Shown: piece after piece, positions 39,553 to 49,188 of the stretch
Layout: each line of letters begins with the position of its first letter
Numbering within the stretch: position 1 is the stretch's first letter
Source: Capsulimonadaceae bacterium
GTDB taxonomy: Bacteria > Armatimonadota > Armatimonadia > Armatimonadales > Capsulimonadaceae
Assembly: GCA_965215505.1 (NCBI GenBank)
Contig: OZ244065.1
Location: 384,001-448,000 of the forward strand
Direction of reading: 5' to 3'
DNA length: 64,000 bases
Position numbers and translations under genes: made by a program
Notes under the pieces: generated by a model
The model's database searches: none
What the model saw: only the letters and a program-made list of their open reading frames with translations
Told to the model about the DNA's origin: nothing

Positions 39553-39713
39553 ATCGGTACAAGGCGAGGCTGGAGGCCATGTCCCTTTCTGAGATCGTTC
39601 GGAGCAAGGAAGCAGAACTGCGCCAGATCAAGGACCATGAAGTCGCCGTTGTCTTTGATGCTTTTGGCGACACCATGGTCGAAGAACATGGGGGCAGGTC
39701 ATCCGTTGATCTA

Positions 39714-40905
39714 GTAGCCTAACCTGGTAGAATGGATGAGTCTGAGGAGGCTTATCCGATGTCCGCGAAGAAATATCATGTGTCTCTGGCCGAGGCCGAG
39801 CGCGCCGAGCTTCTGCGCCTGAGCAAGTCCCAGCGCCACTCCGAGCGCGAGCGCAAACGCGCCCGCATCCTGTTGCTGGCCGACGAAGCCAAAGAAGGCG
39901 GCGCGGACAAAGATGCCGCCATCGCCCAGCAGGTCAAGGTCGCCCCGCTCACCGTCACCCGCGTCCGTCAACGCTTCTCCGAGCGCGGCCTGCACAAAGG
40001 TCTGGCCCATAAAGAACAAGAAACGCGCAAAGCCCGCGTCCTCGACGGAGAAGCCGAAGCCTTTCTGGTCGCCACCACATGCAGTACGCCGCCCGAGGGC
40101 CACAAGCGCTGGAGCCTGCGCCTGCTGAGGGACGCGCTCATCGAGCAGCAGATCGTGGACGCCATCGGCAAAGAGACCGTGCGCCAGGCGCTAAAAAAAA
40201 TGAACTCAAGCCGTGGCTAAAGAAATGCTGGTGCATCCCGCCCGAGCAGAATGCCGAGTTCGTCTTCCGCATGGAAGATGTGCTCTCGGTCTACCAGAGG
40301 CCGCAGGACGAGAAGCGTCCCCTGGTCTGTCTGGACGAGGCCAGCAAGCAGCTCTTGTCTGACGCGCGGCCTGCGCTCCCGATGACGGCGGGGCAGCCCG
40401 CCCGCCAGGACAGCGAATATGTGCGGAACGGGACGGCCAGTTTGTTCATGGTCTCTGAGCCGCTGGCGGGCAAGCGGCACGTCCATGTGACCGCCCAGCG
40501 CACCTGCCAGGACTTCGCCCGCGTCATCCTGCATCTGGTGGATGTGCTGCATCCTGACGCGGAGAAGATCGTTCTGGTCATGGACAACCTGAACACGCAT
40601 ACGCCCGCCAGCTTATACCGCGCCTTTCTGCCTGCGGAGGCCAAGCGGCTGGCCGACAGACTTGAGGTGCATTACACGCCCAAGCACGGCTCGTGGCTGA
40701 ACATGGCCGAGATCGAGTTGTCCGTCTTGGCGCGGCAGTGTTTGTCTGAGCGCTTGGGCGACCAAGAGAACCTGCAAAGGCAAGTGGCGGCTTGGCAAGG
40801 TAGGCGCAACGCGAGTGCCGCCAAGATTGACTGGCGGTTCACGACGGAAGACGCCCGCATCAAACTGAAGCGGCTCTACCCCACTATCCTACCAGGTTAG
40901 ACTAC
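39714..40905 (+). mobile_element. IS630 family insertion sequence, complete
   Basis: 20-bp terminal IRs (gtagcctaacctggtagaat / atcctaccaggttagactac, two mismatches); duplicated TA at 39712-13 and 40906-07, inside a CTAG target. Confidence 0.92.
39759..40900 (+). CDS. IS630 transposase, two ORFs joined by a probable -1 frameshift
   Basis: ORF1 is HTH (RARILLLAD, RWSLRLL). A8 run at 40193-40200. ORF2 is DDE (VCLDE, VMDNLNTH, HYTPKHGSWLNMAEIE, WRFTTEDARIKLKRLYP). Confidence 0.92.
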
Positions 40906-41075
40906 TAGTGCATCGAGAAGGTGGATTTAGATCGCTCCGGACATCGCCAGTTTACTTCCTCATCATGTTGGGCTACGTTCCGCTCTGCCTATATGACAAA
41001 AACATCAACGTAGGCGTAACGGATATATAGATCATCCCGGTTATTGATTATTCGGAAAATGAACAGTCTGCGATA

Positions 41076-41744
41076 TTATCTCGATGCTAATAAAGCCGCC
41101 GCCATTGCAGAGTCTATCTGAAGTTTGTTCGCACGCCAAATTTTCCCATCAGCAAGACGGACGCTCTTCACATATACGGCTACAGTGTATCGGTTCACGT
41201 CAGGCTTTCCAAAAGCGCCACTAGCGTACTCCGCAGGCTGCAATGGATTGAGGTTGCCAAGGCCGTTCCCTGGTATTACTATCCCACTGAACAGCAAGTC
41301 ACCGGAACTAGTGACAGCTTCACCAACCGGGTTATATTCCACAGTGGCTACTTCAAGGGCAATAATCGGCTGCGCCCCGATATTAGACCAACTTAGCTGG
41401 CTACCAACCTTGTGGATATCATTGTAAAAGTAAAGAGCTTTGATGTGAAGATAAGGGCAAAAATTGACGACAACCGATTTACGACTTGGATAGTCGTTCG
41501 AAATCTTGTTCTGACTCCGGCTGAACAAACTTGAGGATGGCGGAATGCTATCCATAGCAATTCCTGATGTCACCGTAACAGCGGCTTTTACTCTTGTTGA
41601 TTCTGGGGCAGGATTAGCTTCTTGCGACAGAACAAGATTTGGAGAGGCTAAACATATGGCCAGCAACCCCATCAGAAACCTCATGCTGAGTGAGCTTTTA
41701 GTAACAATTTTCTTCACGCGAGTTCTCCTAATTGCTTGACGCAC
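41076..41744 (-). CDS. hypothetical secreted protein, low GC
   Basis: Long ORF in an AT-richer segment; signal-like hydrophobic stretch; C-terminal VKSVRLADGKIW. Start uncertain. Confidence 0.6.
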   Translation of the reverse strand: MRQAIRRTRVKKIVTKSSLSMRFLMGLLAICLASPNLVLSQEANPAPESTRVKAAVTVTSGIAMDSIPPSSSLFSRSQNKISNDYPSRKSVVVNFCPYLHIKALYFYNDIHKVGSQLSWSNIGAQPIIALEVATVEYNPVGEAVTSSGDLLFSGIVIPGNGLGNLNPLQPAEYASGAFGKPDVNRYTVAVYVKSVRLADGKIWRANKLQIDSAMAAALLASR

Positions 41745-41895
41745 CCGATGGTCACTACTTCATATTCAGTCCATGCTTTGCTCTGATTGCGGCCAAGCGG
41801 AGTCGCCCCTGCTTGGCCCGTTCATTATAACAAGCTTATCAACAACACGCAAGAACGCCCTGAAAAAACCGCAATGCTTTCTCGTCCGATCTGGC

Positions 41896-42807
41896 TCATA
41901 GCCTCAGCAGCCGCCGGGCGTTCCCCGCCGTCACCATGTCGAACTCGACGACGGACAGGGCCGTCTCCACGTTACGGAGCGCCCGGCGCTGGGAGAACAG
42001 GGGGTAGTCGGAGCCGAACAGCAGGCGCGTGGGCCCCAGATTGTCACAGAGGCGGCGGATGAGGCGGGGGGGCTGCCAGCTCGTTTCCAGGTACAGGTTC
42101 GGGTGGGCCAGGGCGATTTTGAGGGCCGCGCCGGGGGTGTCCCAGCCGGAATGGCCGCAGACGAAGGTGAGGGTGGGGAACTCGGCCAGCAGGCGCGGCA
42201 GGGCGACGTGCCAGGGCGTCTCCAGCGGCTCGTAGATGGGGAAGTTGCCGGTGTGAAGGTAGACGGGCAGGTGCGCGCAGTCGGACTCGGCCAGCAGGCG
42301 CAGCATGACGCGCAGGCGGGGCGAGTCCAGCGGAAGGCGCTGCAAGTCGCTGTGGAATTTGAGGCCGACGATCGGCTCGGTCAGCAGGCGGGCGAACCGC
42401 TCGGGGTAGTCGTCGCCGGCGGGGTCGCAGGACCCGAACGGCAGCAGCAGGCCCGGCAGGTGGCGGCAGGCGTCTAGGACCTCGGGTGTCGGGACGAACG
42501 GGTCAATGGCGACCACGACCGCCTGGGTCACGCCGGTCTGGGACATCTCCGCCAGCAGGGCGGAGGCGTCGGCCTCGATCATGCGGCGCGACATTTCGGT
42601 GTAGATGAGCGGTCCCATGCGGCGGTAGGTCCGCAGCGCCTCGGGCGTCCGCAGCCGCTCCGCCACCGCATCCACGGCCTCGCGGGTCCACTGGCCCAGC
42701 AGGCGGGCGGCGGGGAGGGCGGGGGCGACTGTCCGGTAGTAGTTCCCCTCGGCGGCGGGCATCCGGGAGCCGGGCGTCGTGATGTGGCAATGGAAGTCTA
42801 TGATCAC
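41896..42807 (-). CDS. amidohydrolase family protein (Amidohydro_2)
   Basis: IIDFHCH, GLKFH, VYLHTG, CGHSG, NLYLETS, LFGSDYP and NARRLL motifs; GTG start at 42807. Confidence 0.88.
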   Translation of the reverse strand: MIIDFHCHITTPGSRMPAAEGNYYRTVAPALPAARLLGQWTREAVDAVAERLRTPEALRTYRRMGPLIYTEMSRRMIEADASALLAEMSQTGVTQAVVVAIDPFVPTPEVLDACRHLPGLLLPFGSCDPAGDDYPERFARLLTEPIVGLKFHSDLQRLPLDSPRLRVMLRLLAESDCAHLPVYLHTGNFPIYEPLETPWHVALPRLLAEFPTLTFVCGHSGWDTPGAALKIALAHPNLYLETSWQPPRLIRRLCDNLGPTRLLFGSDYPLFSQRRALRNVETALSVVEFDMVTAGNARRLLRL

Positions 42808-42842
42808 GGGGACATGATACCCCGATGGGGCACGGTTGCCGG

Positions 42843-42871
42843 TTGACCGCTGCGGCGTCATGTGCTACAAT
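42843..42871 (+). promoter_or_regulatory. sigma70-type promoter of pdp (extended -10)
   Basis: TTGACC-N17-TACAAT with TG upstream of the -10 box. Confidence 0.7.
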
Positions 42872-42886
42872 TCTTTAGTGACCACT

Positions 42887-44206
42887 ATGCGCGTCGTAGA
42901 CATCATTCGAAGGAAACGCGAGGGCGGGGCGCATCCGGACGAGGAGATACAGTTCCTCGTCCAGAGCTACGCCCAGGGCATCACCCCCGACTATCAGATG
43001 AGCGCCTGGCTCATGGCCGTCCTGTGGCGCGGGCTGACCGAGGGCGAGACGTTCGCCCTGACTAGGGCCATGGTCGCTTCCGGGGACACGCTGGACCTGA
43101 CGGGGCTGGACGGGCCGTTCCTGGACAAGCACAGCACGGGCGGGGTGGGGGACAAGACGACACTTGCCGTCGTTCCCATCCTGGCCTCGGCCGGCGTGCG
43201 GATGCCGAAGATGTCCGGGCGCGGGCTGGGGCACACGGGCGGGACTCTGGACAAGCTGGAGTCATTGGGCGGGACGCGGGTCGAGCTGACGGCGGACGAG
43301 ATACGCGAGCAGGTCGAAGAGATCGGGGCCTGCCTCTGCGCCCAGACCGGCCGGCTCGTCCCCGCCGACCGGAAGATGTACGCCCTGCGCGACGCCACCG
43401 ACACCGTCGGGTCGCTGCCTCTGATCGCCGCCAGCATCATGAGCAAGAAGATCGCGGGCGGCTGCCCGTCCATCCTGCTGGACGTGAAGGTCGGCGGCGG
43501 GGCCTTCATGAAGAGCCTGCCCGATGCGCGCGCCCTGGCCCATCTGATGATCCAGATCGGCACGGCGTCTGGGCGGACGGTCGCCGCCGTGCTGTCCGAC
43601 ATGGACATGCCGCTCGGGTACGGCGTCGGCAACCGCATCGAGGTGCGTGAGGTCGTCCGCCTGCTGCAAGATGATCCCCAGACCGAGACGCGGCTCAAGA
43701 GCCTTGTCGTGACGCTCTCCGGCGCGGGCTTTCTCTTGGCCGGGCGCGTCGGCAGTCTGGCGGAAGGCGAGGCGCTGGCACAGGCGCAGATCGCCTCCGG
43801 GGCGGCCTTCGCGAAGCTGCGCGAGATCATCGCCTACCAGGGGGGTGACACGGATTTCCTTACTGACGACAATAAGCCGCCCGTCTCACGCGTCCGTCTG
43901 GACGTGACCGCCGCGCAAAGCGGCTGGGTGCGGCGGCTTGATGCCGAGGCCATCGGCCTGGCCGCCATGCGTCTCGGGGCGGGGCGCGCGGCAAAAGAGG
44001 ACCACATTGACCCGGTCGCGGGCGTCATCCTGCGCCGGACCGTCGGCCAGCCCGTCACCCAGGGCGAGGTCGTCGCCACACTCTACACTGATGAGGAAGC
44101 CGCCGCACGGGCGGCGGCCCCGCTCGTTTCGGAAGCCTTCGCGCTTGGAACCGCCGCACCTGACCCGCAGCCAGTGATCTATGAAACCATCGGCCTCGAC
44201 CTCTGA
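42887..44206 (+). CDS. pdp: pyrimidine-nucleoside (thymidine) phosphorylase
   Basis: DKHSTGGVGDKTT, KMSGRGLGHTGGTLDKLES, YALRDAT, SIMSKK and LGAGR motifs. Confidence 0.95.
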   Translation: MRVVDIIRRKREGGAHPDEEIQFLVQSYAQGITPDYQMSAWLMAVLWRGLTEGETFALTRAMVASGDTLDLTGLDGPFLDKHSTGGVGDKTTLAVVPILASAGVRMPKMSGRGLGHTGGTLDKLESLGGTRVELTADEIREQVEEIGACLCAQTGRLVPADRKMYALRDATDTVGSLPLIAASIMSKKIAGGCPSILLDVKVGGGAFMKSLPDARALAHLMIQIGTASGRTVAAVLSDMDMPLGYGVGNRIEVREVVRLLQDDPQTETRLKSLVVTLSGAGFLLAGRVGSLAEGEALAQAQIASGAAFAKLREIIAYQGGDTDFLTDDNKPPVSRVRLDVTAAQSGWVRRLDAEAIGLAAMRLGAGRAAKEDHIDPVAGVILRRTVGQPVTQGEVVATLYTDEEAAARAAAPLVSEAFALGTAAPDPQPVIYETIGLDL

Positions 44207-44663
44207 ACTGTCCGCTTTGAAAGACGTACTGTGCGCCGAGTGGGACCGGCTGAACCAGAGCCATTTTGGCGGCACGCTGGCGATTCCCGAGATCGTCGTC
44301 TCTACCCGCAAGACTTTCGGCGGCTACTACCAGCCCTCCCGCCACCGCATCGTCGTGAGCTGGCAGGCCTACCACGAACACGGCCTGGAGGAGACTCTGA
44401 ACACCTTCCGGCACGAAGTCGCCCACGTCGTCCACCCCAATCATAGCGCGGCCTTCTGGACCCTCGCCCGCGCCCTGGGCGTGACCAAACGCTACGCCTC
44501 GCCGCCAGTCGCGCGGCAGGGCCGCCGCTACATCTACGCCTGCCCCGCCTGCGAGCGCCGCATCGAGCGCCGCCGCCGCCTGCGGGACGCCTCCTGCGCC
44601 GCCTGCGACGCGCACTACAACCCGCGCTACGCCCTGCGGCTGGTCGCGACCGAGGCGTCCTAG
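44181..44663 (+). CDS. SprT-like zinc metalloprotease domain protein
   Basis: LNQSHFGG and HEVAH...H motifs; C-terminal CPAC/CAACD Zn ribbon. Confidence 0.85.
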   Translation: MKPSASTSELSALKDVLCAEWDRLNQSHFGGTLAIPEIVVSTRKTFGGYYQPSRHRIVVSWQAYHEHGLEETLNTFRHEVAHVVHPNHSAAFWTLARALGVTKRYASPPVARQGRRYIYACPACERRIERRRRLRDASCAACDAHYNPRYALRLVATEAS

Positions 44664-44690
44664 GGACATGACATGGGGCGCTCCTCCTCG

Positions 44691-44719
44691 TTGACAGCCC
44701 CGCGCCCCCGTGCCATAAT
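44691..44719 (+). promoter_or_regulatory. sigma70-type promoter
   Basis: TTGACA-N17-CATAAT upstream of the adk-like gene. Confidence 0.7.
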
Positions 44720-44742
44720 GGGGACGCGCGAAAGGCAAAACA

Positions 44743-45351
44743 ATGAAGTTCAACACCATCCTACTGTTCGGCGCTCCCGGCAGCGGCAAGGGGACGCAGG
44801 GGCACACCCTGGGCAGCATCCCCGGCCTGGTCCACGTCGCCTGCGGCGAGATCTTCCGGGACCTGCGGGTCGGCACGCCGCTGGGCCGCGTCTTCCTCGA
44901 CTACAGTAGCCGGGGGGCGCTGGTGCCCGACGACTTCACCGTGCAGCTCTGGCAGGAACACATCGAGGGCCTGATCCGGCTCGGGCGGTACGACCCCGAT
45001 ACCGACATCCTGATCCTCGACGGCATCCCGCGCAACGTCGCCCAGGCGCGGCTGATGGACAACCACATCGACGTCCGGCGGCTCTATTACCTGGACTGCG
45101 CGGACAAGGCGAAGATGGTCCTGCGCCTGAAGCGCCGCGCCCTGCACGAGAACCGGCTGGACGACGCCTCGGACGAGACCATTCAAACGCGGCTCTACGT
45201 CTATGAGGCCGAGACAGCGCCGGTCCTGAGCCACTACCCGCCGGAGAAGGTATGCCGCATCGACACGGGCCGGTCGCCCGTCGAGGTGCTGGCCGACATC
45301 CTCGCCGATATGCGGGAACTGCTGGGCGGTGCGGAAAAAGAATCCGACTGA
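44743..45351 (+). CDS. adk: adenylate kinase family protein (short LID)
   Basis: GAPGSGKGTQ, GEIFR, LVPDD, LDGIPRN and RLDDA motifs. Confidence 0.8.
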   Translation: MKFNTILLFGAPGSGKGTQGHTLGSIPGLVHVACGEIFRDLRVGTPLGRVFLDYSSRGALVPDDFTVQLWQEHIEGLIRLGRYDPDTDILILDGIPRNVAQARLMDNHIDVRRLYYLDCADKAKMVLRLKRRALHENRLDDASDETIQTRLYVYEAETAPVLSHYPPEKVCRIDTGRSPVEVLADILADMRELLGGAEKESD

Positions 45352-45402
45352 CCGCGAAACGGAACGAATTCCGGGCGAAAGCGGTTATAATAAGTGTGAC
45401 AT

Positions 45403-45820
45403 GGGGGCGATTGGTTTCGATCGGGGGATTGATCTCTCAGGTAGCGAGTCGAGGCGCCGCTGGCCTCGTTAAAAAGCGGTAAAAACAATAAACGCGAAGA
45501 ACACTTCTTTCGCCACAGCACGGACCTCGTTCGCGCTGGCTGCCTAACTTTTCCCTCGGGACTAGCTAGTCGGTTCTAGAGTCGCCTCCGGGCGGCCCGT
45601 CCCGTCCCCGCCCGCCCGCCGAGGGGAGCCGGGGCGTCACCCATGCGGGCTACCGCGCACGGACTGCCGTCCGACGCGCGCGGGAAACAAAGGACAGCTA
45701 GCGCTCTCGTCAGCCTGCCGCTTGGCGTGCGGGGCGCGAAATTCAAACAAACGGCTATGCTTGTAGAAGCCTGAGTTGTCGCTGCTCGACACGACGGTTC
45801 GAATCCGTCCGCCTCCACCA
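45403..45820 (+). ncRNA. ssrA: tmRNA
   Basis: 5' GGGGGCG pairs with 3' CGCCTCC-ACCA including the G3.U70 alanine identity pair; T-arm gacgg-ttcgaat-ccgtc; tag ORF 45494-45547 AKNTSFATARTSFALAA*; TATAAT upstream. Confidence 0.95.
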
Positions 45821-45831
45821 TGAACGCAGAG

Positions 45832-45858
45832 GGCGCTCCCGAAAGGGAGCGCCTTTTT
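45832..45858 (+). terminator. intrinsic terminator of ssrA
   Basis: ggcgctccc-gaaa-gggagcgcc followed by ttttt. Confidence 0.9.
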
Positions 45859-45990
45859 GCTTTTCTCCCCTATTTCGCCCTGTTTTGCCTGATTTTCTCC
45901 TGTATTCCTTGACCTATGACTCCCACCTGTGTTAGAATGCCGGAACAGACTGTACTTATCCATGCGTCACACGTTCAGGAGAATAATCGA

Positions 45991-47832
45991 ATGAGGACAT
46001 CGCCACCCGGCGCCGACGGCCCGGCCCTCCGCCCGCGCGCCCTCCGCTGCCTGCTCCTTGTTGGCCTTTTCGCGCTCCCGCTCGCCTGCGCCCAGGCCGA
46101 CCCGACGCCCGCCACGATCCTCATCGGCGGGCGCATCGTGCCGTTCGAGGTCAAGCCGTTCGTCGGCCCCGACGGGCAGGTCGAGGCCCCCGTGGACGCC
46201 GTCCAGCTTTTGGGGGCGAGGTTCGCCCCCGGCGCGGACGGCATGGTTACGGTCACCGCCGCCAACGGCCGCCGCGTCAGCGCCCCGTACACGCTCGTGC
46301 AGGGCCGGTACTGTGTCCCGTTCCAGAAGGTCGCTACGGCGCTCGGCGGCACGGCGGACTGGCAGCCGGCCACGGCGACGCTGACGGTCCGAGCGCGGCT
46401 CCAAATGGTGCGGCAGGACAACAACGCCCTCACCATCTACACTTCCTATCCGGTCTACTACAGCGTCAAGCGTATAGACAACCCGGAACGGCTTTATGTG
46501 GACCTGTTCGGGCTTGACCTCGCGACGACTGCCGCCAGCATCCCGGCGTCGGGCAGCGTGACGCACATCCGCAGCGGGCAGGTTGACCCGCAGACGGTCC
46601 GCATCACGATTGATCTGAAACAGGGCATGCCCTTTCGGGTCGTGAGCGGCATCCAGACCAGTCAGGTCCGGGTCGCCCTGGGCGAGTCCGAGCCGCCCCC
46701 GGCTCCGGTCGCCCCCGCCCCGCCGGTCGTCGCCGTCAGCTCGCCGCCTCAGATTCCGGCCCATCCCGCACAGGTGACGATCACTGCCGTAGACTATCAC
46801 GTCGTCAGCCCCGCCCTTACCCAAATCCGGGTCACAACGACCGGGGCTGCCAAGTATCGCACCGAGGCCCTGGACAGCCCGAACCGCCTGGCGTTCGACC
46901 TGGCCGGGGCCGTCCTCGACCGCGGCGTCCGCCTGACGCAGTCCGTGGACAACCCCGTCATCAAGGCCATCCGTGTCGGCAAGGTGTTCACCGACCACAC
47001 GGCCTTCGGCCGGGTCGTCCTGGATTTGTCCAAGATGGTCGGCTTCTCCGTGGACAGCCGTTCGAGCGGCGAGGGCATGACCTACCTGATCAATGTCATC
47101 ACGACCGGGGAGGGTACGGCCCCCGCGCCGCCGGTCGTCGCCCAGGCCCCCCCCGACGGCGGCCTCCGGCCCGCGCCCGTGACGGCGGGCCTTGCCGGCA
47201 AGGTCATCGTCGTTGACCCCGGCCACGGCGGCAGGGACACCGGCGCGGTTGACGCCTTCCGGACCCGGCAGGTCTACGAGAAGGACATCGCGCTCGCCAT
47301 CGCGCGCCGGGTCCGGGACGTCCTGACGCAGAGCGGCGCGACCGTCCTGATGACGCGCAACAGCGACATCCTGCCCTCCGTGGAGTCGCGGCCCCTGTTC
47401 GCGAACGCCCACCACGCGGACTATTTCGTCAGCATCCACTGCGACTCGGCGGAGGTGCAGAACGCCCGGTCCGGGACCGCCGTGTATTTCCACGGGGCGA
47501 ACGGGGTGTGCCGCCTGATGGCGGCGGACATCGGCCGCCGCGTCAGCCAGGTCTCCGGCCTCCCTTACAACGGCGTCCGGTCAGACATGATCCAGTACGG
47601 CGGGCGCTTCGTCACCGGCTACGGCGTCCTGCGGACCAGTGAGATGCCCGCCGTCCTCGTTGAAACCGGCTTCATGACCAACGACAACGACCTCGCCAAG
47701 CTGCGCGACGATGCGACACAGGAAAAGATCGCCGAGGGGGTCGTCGCGGGCCTGCGCGACTTCAGCTCCGACCAAGTCACGTCCCTGCGCTCCGCCAGCG
47801 GCGGGCGCGGCGTCCCCCGGAGCGCCTACTGA
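45991..47832 (+). CDS. N-acetylmuramoyl-L-alanine amidase (Amidase_3) with AMIN domains
   Basis: Signal peptide; NPERLYVDL and SPNRLAFDL (AMIN-like); VDPGHGG, EKDIAL, FVSIHCD and AVLVETGF motifs. Confidence 0.92.
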   Translation: MRTSPPGADGPALRPRALRCLLLVGLFALPLACAQADPTPATILIGGRIVPFEVKPFVGPDGQVEAPVDAVQLLGARFAPGADGMVTVTAANGRRVSAPYTLVQGRYCVPFQKVATALGGTADWQPATATLTVRARLQMVRQDNNALTIYTSYPVYYSVKRIDNPERLYVDLFGLDLATTAASIPASGSVTHIRSGQVDPQTVRITIDLKQGMPFRVVSGIQTSQVRVALGESEPPPAPVAPAPPVVAVSSPPQIPAHPAQVTITAVDYHVVSPALTQIRVTTTGAAKYRTEALDSPNRLAFDLAGAVLDRGVRLTQSVDNPVIKAIRVGKVFTDHTAFGRVVLDLSKMVGFSVDSRSSGEGMTYLINVITTGEGTAPAPPVVAQAPPDGGLRPAPVTAGLAGKVIVVDPGHGGRDTGAVDAFRTRQVYEKDIALAIARRVRDVLTQSGATVLMTRNSDILPSVESRPLFANAHHADYFVSIHCDSAEVQNARSGTAVYFHGANGVCRLMAADIGRRVSQVSGLPYNGVRSDMIQYGGRFVTGYGVLRTSEMPAVLVETGFMTNDNDLAKLRDDATQEKIAEGVVAGLRDFSSDQVTSLRSASGGRGVPRSAY

Positions 47833-47833
47833 T

Positions 47834-48379
47834 TTGAGGAACCTCGCCCTCTGCGTCGCCCTGGGGTCCGCCGCGCTCGTGCTGACGGGATGCCACCGTG
47901 ACGGCCCCATGACGGCCCCGCCGTCCGCGCCCGCCGCTACCCGCCCGGCCCCGCGTGACAAAGCCGTCGTTTACGTCGTCAACCCGAAGGCGACCGGCGA
48001 CCAGGACCCTTTGATGCCGCGCACCGTCGTGCTGCGCCACCCCGACTCGCCGGCCCGTGATGCCGTGGATGCGCTCCTCCAGGCGAGCGGCAGCCCCCTT
48101 CCGGCGGGGACGGCCCTGCGCGGCATCACGATTGTTGATGGGGTAGCGACCCTCGACTTCTCGCGCAGCCCCATCAACGAAACCGGCGGCGAGGGCGGGC
48201 AGGGGGACGCCCTCGCCGCACTCGCCCGGACTCTAGGCCAGTTCCCCGAGATACATCAGTACCGCATCGAGGTGAAGGGGCAGCCGCTCCCCTCCCTCGG
48301 CGAGCAGGGGGCGGTGGACGGTCCGATGGACGTCATCCGGCCCGAGGGCGCGGCGCAGGCGAAGGGAGATGCCCAATGA
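47834..48379 (+). CDS. GerMN domain lipoprotein
   Basis: Lipobox LVLTGC; LPAGTALRGI..GVATLDFS and TLGQFPEI motifs; lies between amidase and murI. TTG start inferred. Confidence 0.8.
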   Translation: MRNLALCVALGSAALVLTGCHRDGPMTAPPSAPAATRPAPRDKAVVYVVNPKATGDQDPLMPRTVVLRHPDSPARDAVDALLQASGSPLPAGTALRGITIVDGVATLDFSRSPINETGGEGGQGDALAALARTLGQFPEIHQYRIEVKGQPLPSLGEQGAVDGPMDVIRPEGAAQAKGDAQ

Positions 48380-49182
48380 GCCTGCCACGCGCCGACATCG
48401 GCGTCTTCGACTCGGGGGTGGGCGGCCTCAGCGTCCTGCGCGAGATACGACGGCAGATGCCCGGCGCGTCCGTCCTGTACCTCGCGGACACGGCCAACGT
48501 CCCCTATGGCGACAAGCCGATCCCCGTCGTGCGGGACCTCGCCCTGCGCCTGACGGACCGCCTGGTCGAGGCGGGCGCGCGCCTGGTCATCATGGCGAGC
48601 GGGACTTCCACCGTCGCCGGCCTGGAAGCCGCCCGCGCGCGCCATCCCCACCTCCCCATCGTCGGCACCGTCGAGCCGGGCGCGCGGTCCGCAGTGGAGG
48701 CGTCTAGCGGGGCCATCGGGGTCATCTCCACCAATGCAACCGCCCATTCCCTTGCTTTCACGCGCGCCGTCCAGGCCCTCGACCCGAACCGGCGCGTCAT
48801 CGAGCAGGGCTGCCCGCGCTTCGTGCCGCTCGTCGAGTCAGGCCGCACCGAAACTGAAGACGCCGAAGACGCCGCCCGCGAGTATTTGGAGCCGCTGCGC
48901 GCGGCCAATGTCCAGAGCATCATCCTCGGCTGCACCCACTTCCCCTTCCTGCTGCCCGCCCTGCACCGCGCGATTGAGGGCATGGCCGATCCGGGGTTCC
49001 GTCCCACATTCGTGGACCCCTCGGAAGAAGCCGTCCATGTCGCTGCCTCGCTGTTTGCAGCCTCAGAGACTTCGGACGCCCCTGTCCATTTCGCGGCCTC
49101 CGGCGATCCCGAAGACTTCCGGCATCACGCCTCCGCCCTTCTCGGCGAGGCGATCGCCTCGGTTCTACCCCTCGCGCTCTGA
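48376..49182 (+). CDS. murI: glutamate racemase
   Basis: IGVFDSGVGGLSV, ADTANVPYG and ILGCTHFP motifs; the first catalytic motif reads MASGT instead of IACNT. Confidence 0.9.
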   Translation: MSLPRADIGVFDSGVGGLSVLREIRRQMPGASVLYLADTANVPYGDKPIPVVRDLALRLTDRLVEAGARLVIMASGTSTVAGLEAARARHPHLPIVGTVEPGARSAVEASSGAIGVISTNATAHSLAFTRAVQALDPNRRVIEQGCPRFVPLVESGRTETEDAEDAAREYLEPLRAANVQSIILGCTHFPFLLPALHRAIEGMADPGFRPTFVDPSEEAVHVAASLFAASETSDAPVHFAASGDPEDFRHHASALLGEAIASVLPLAL

Positions 49183-49188
49183 AGTGGC

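Larger units (their letters stand above)
39579..41030 (+). pseudogene. small ORF interrupted by IS630 (segments 39579-39713 and 40908-41030)
   Basis: GGAGG RBS and ATG 39579; removing the IS and one TA restores an open 85-codon frame ending at TAG 41030. Confidence 0.5.

Noticed and set aside
45790..45820. tRNA gene
   Set aside because: The T-arm and CCA belong to tmRNA; the matching 5' stem is 400 nt upstream with a tag ORF between.
45821..45990. Island integrated at ssrA
   Set aside because: No integrase and no duplicated ssrA 3' end seen; a terminator and housekeeping genes follow directly.
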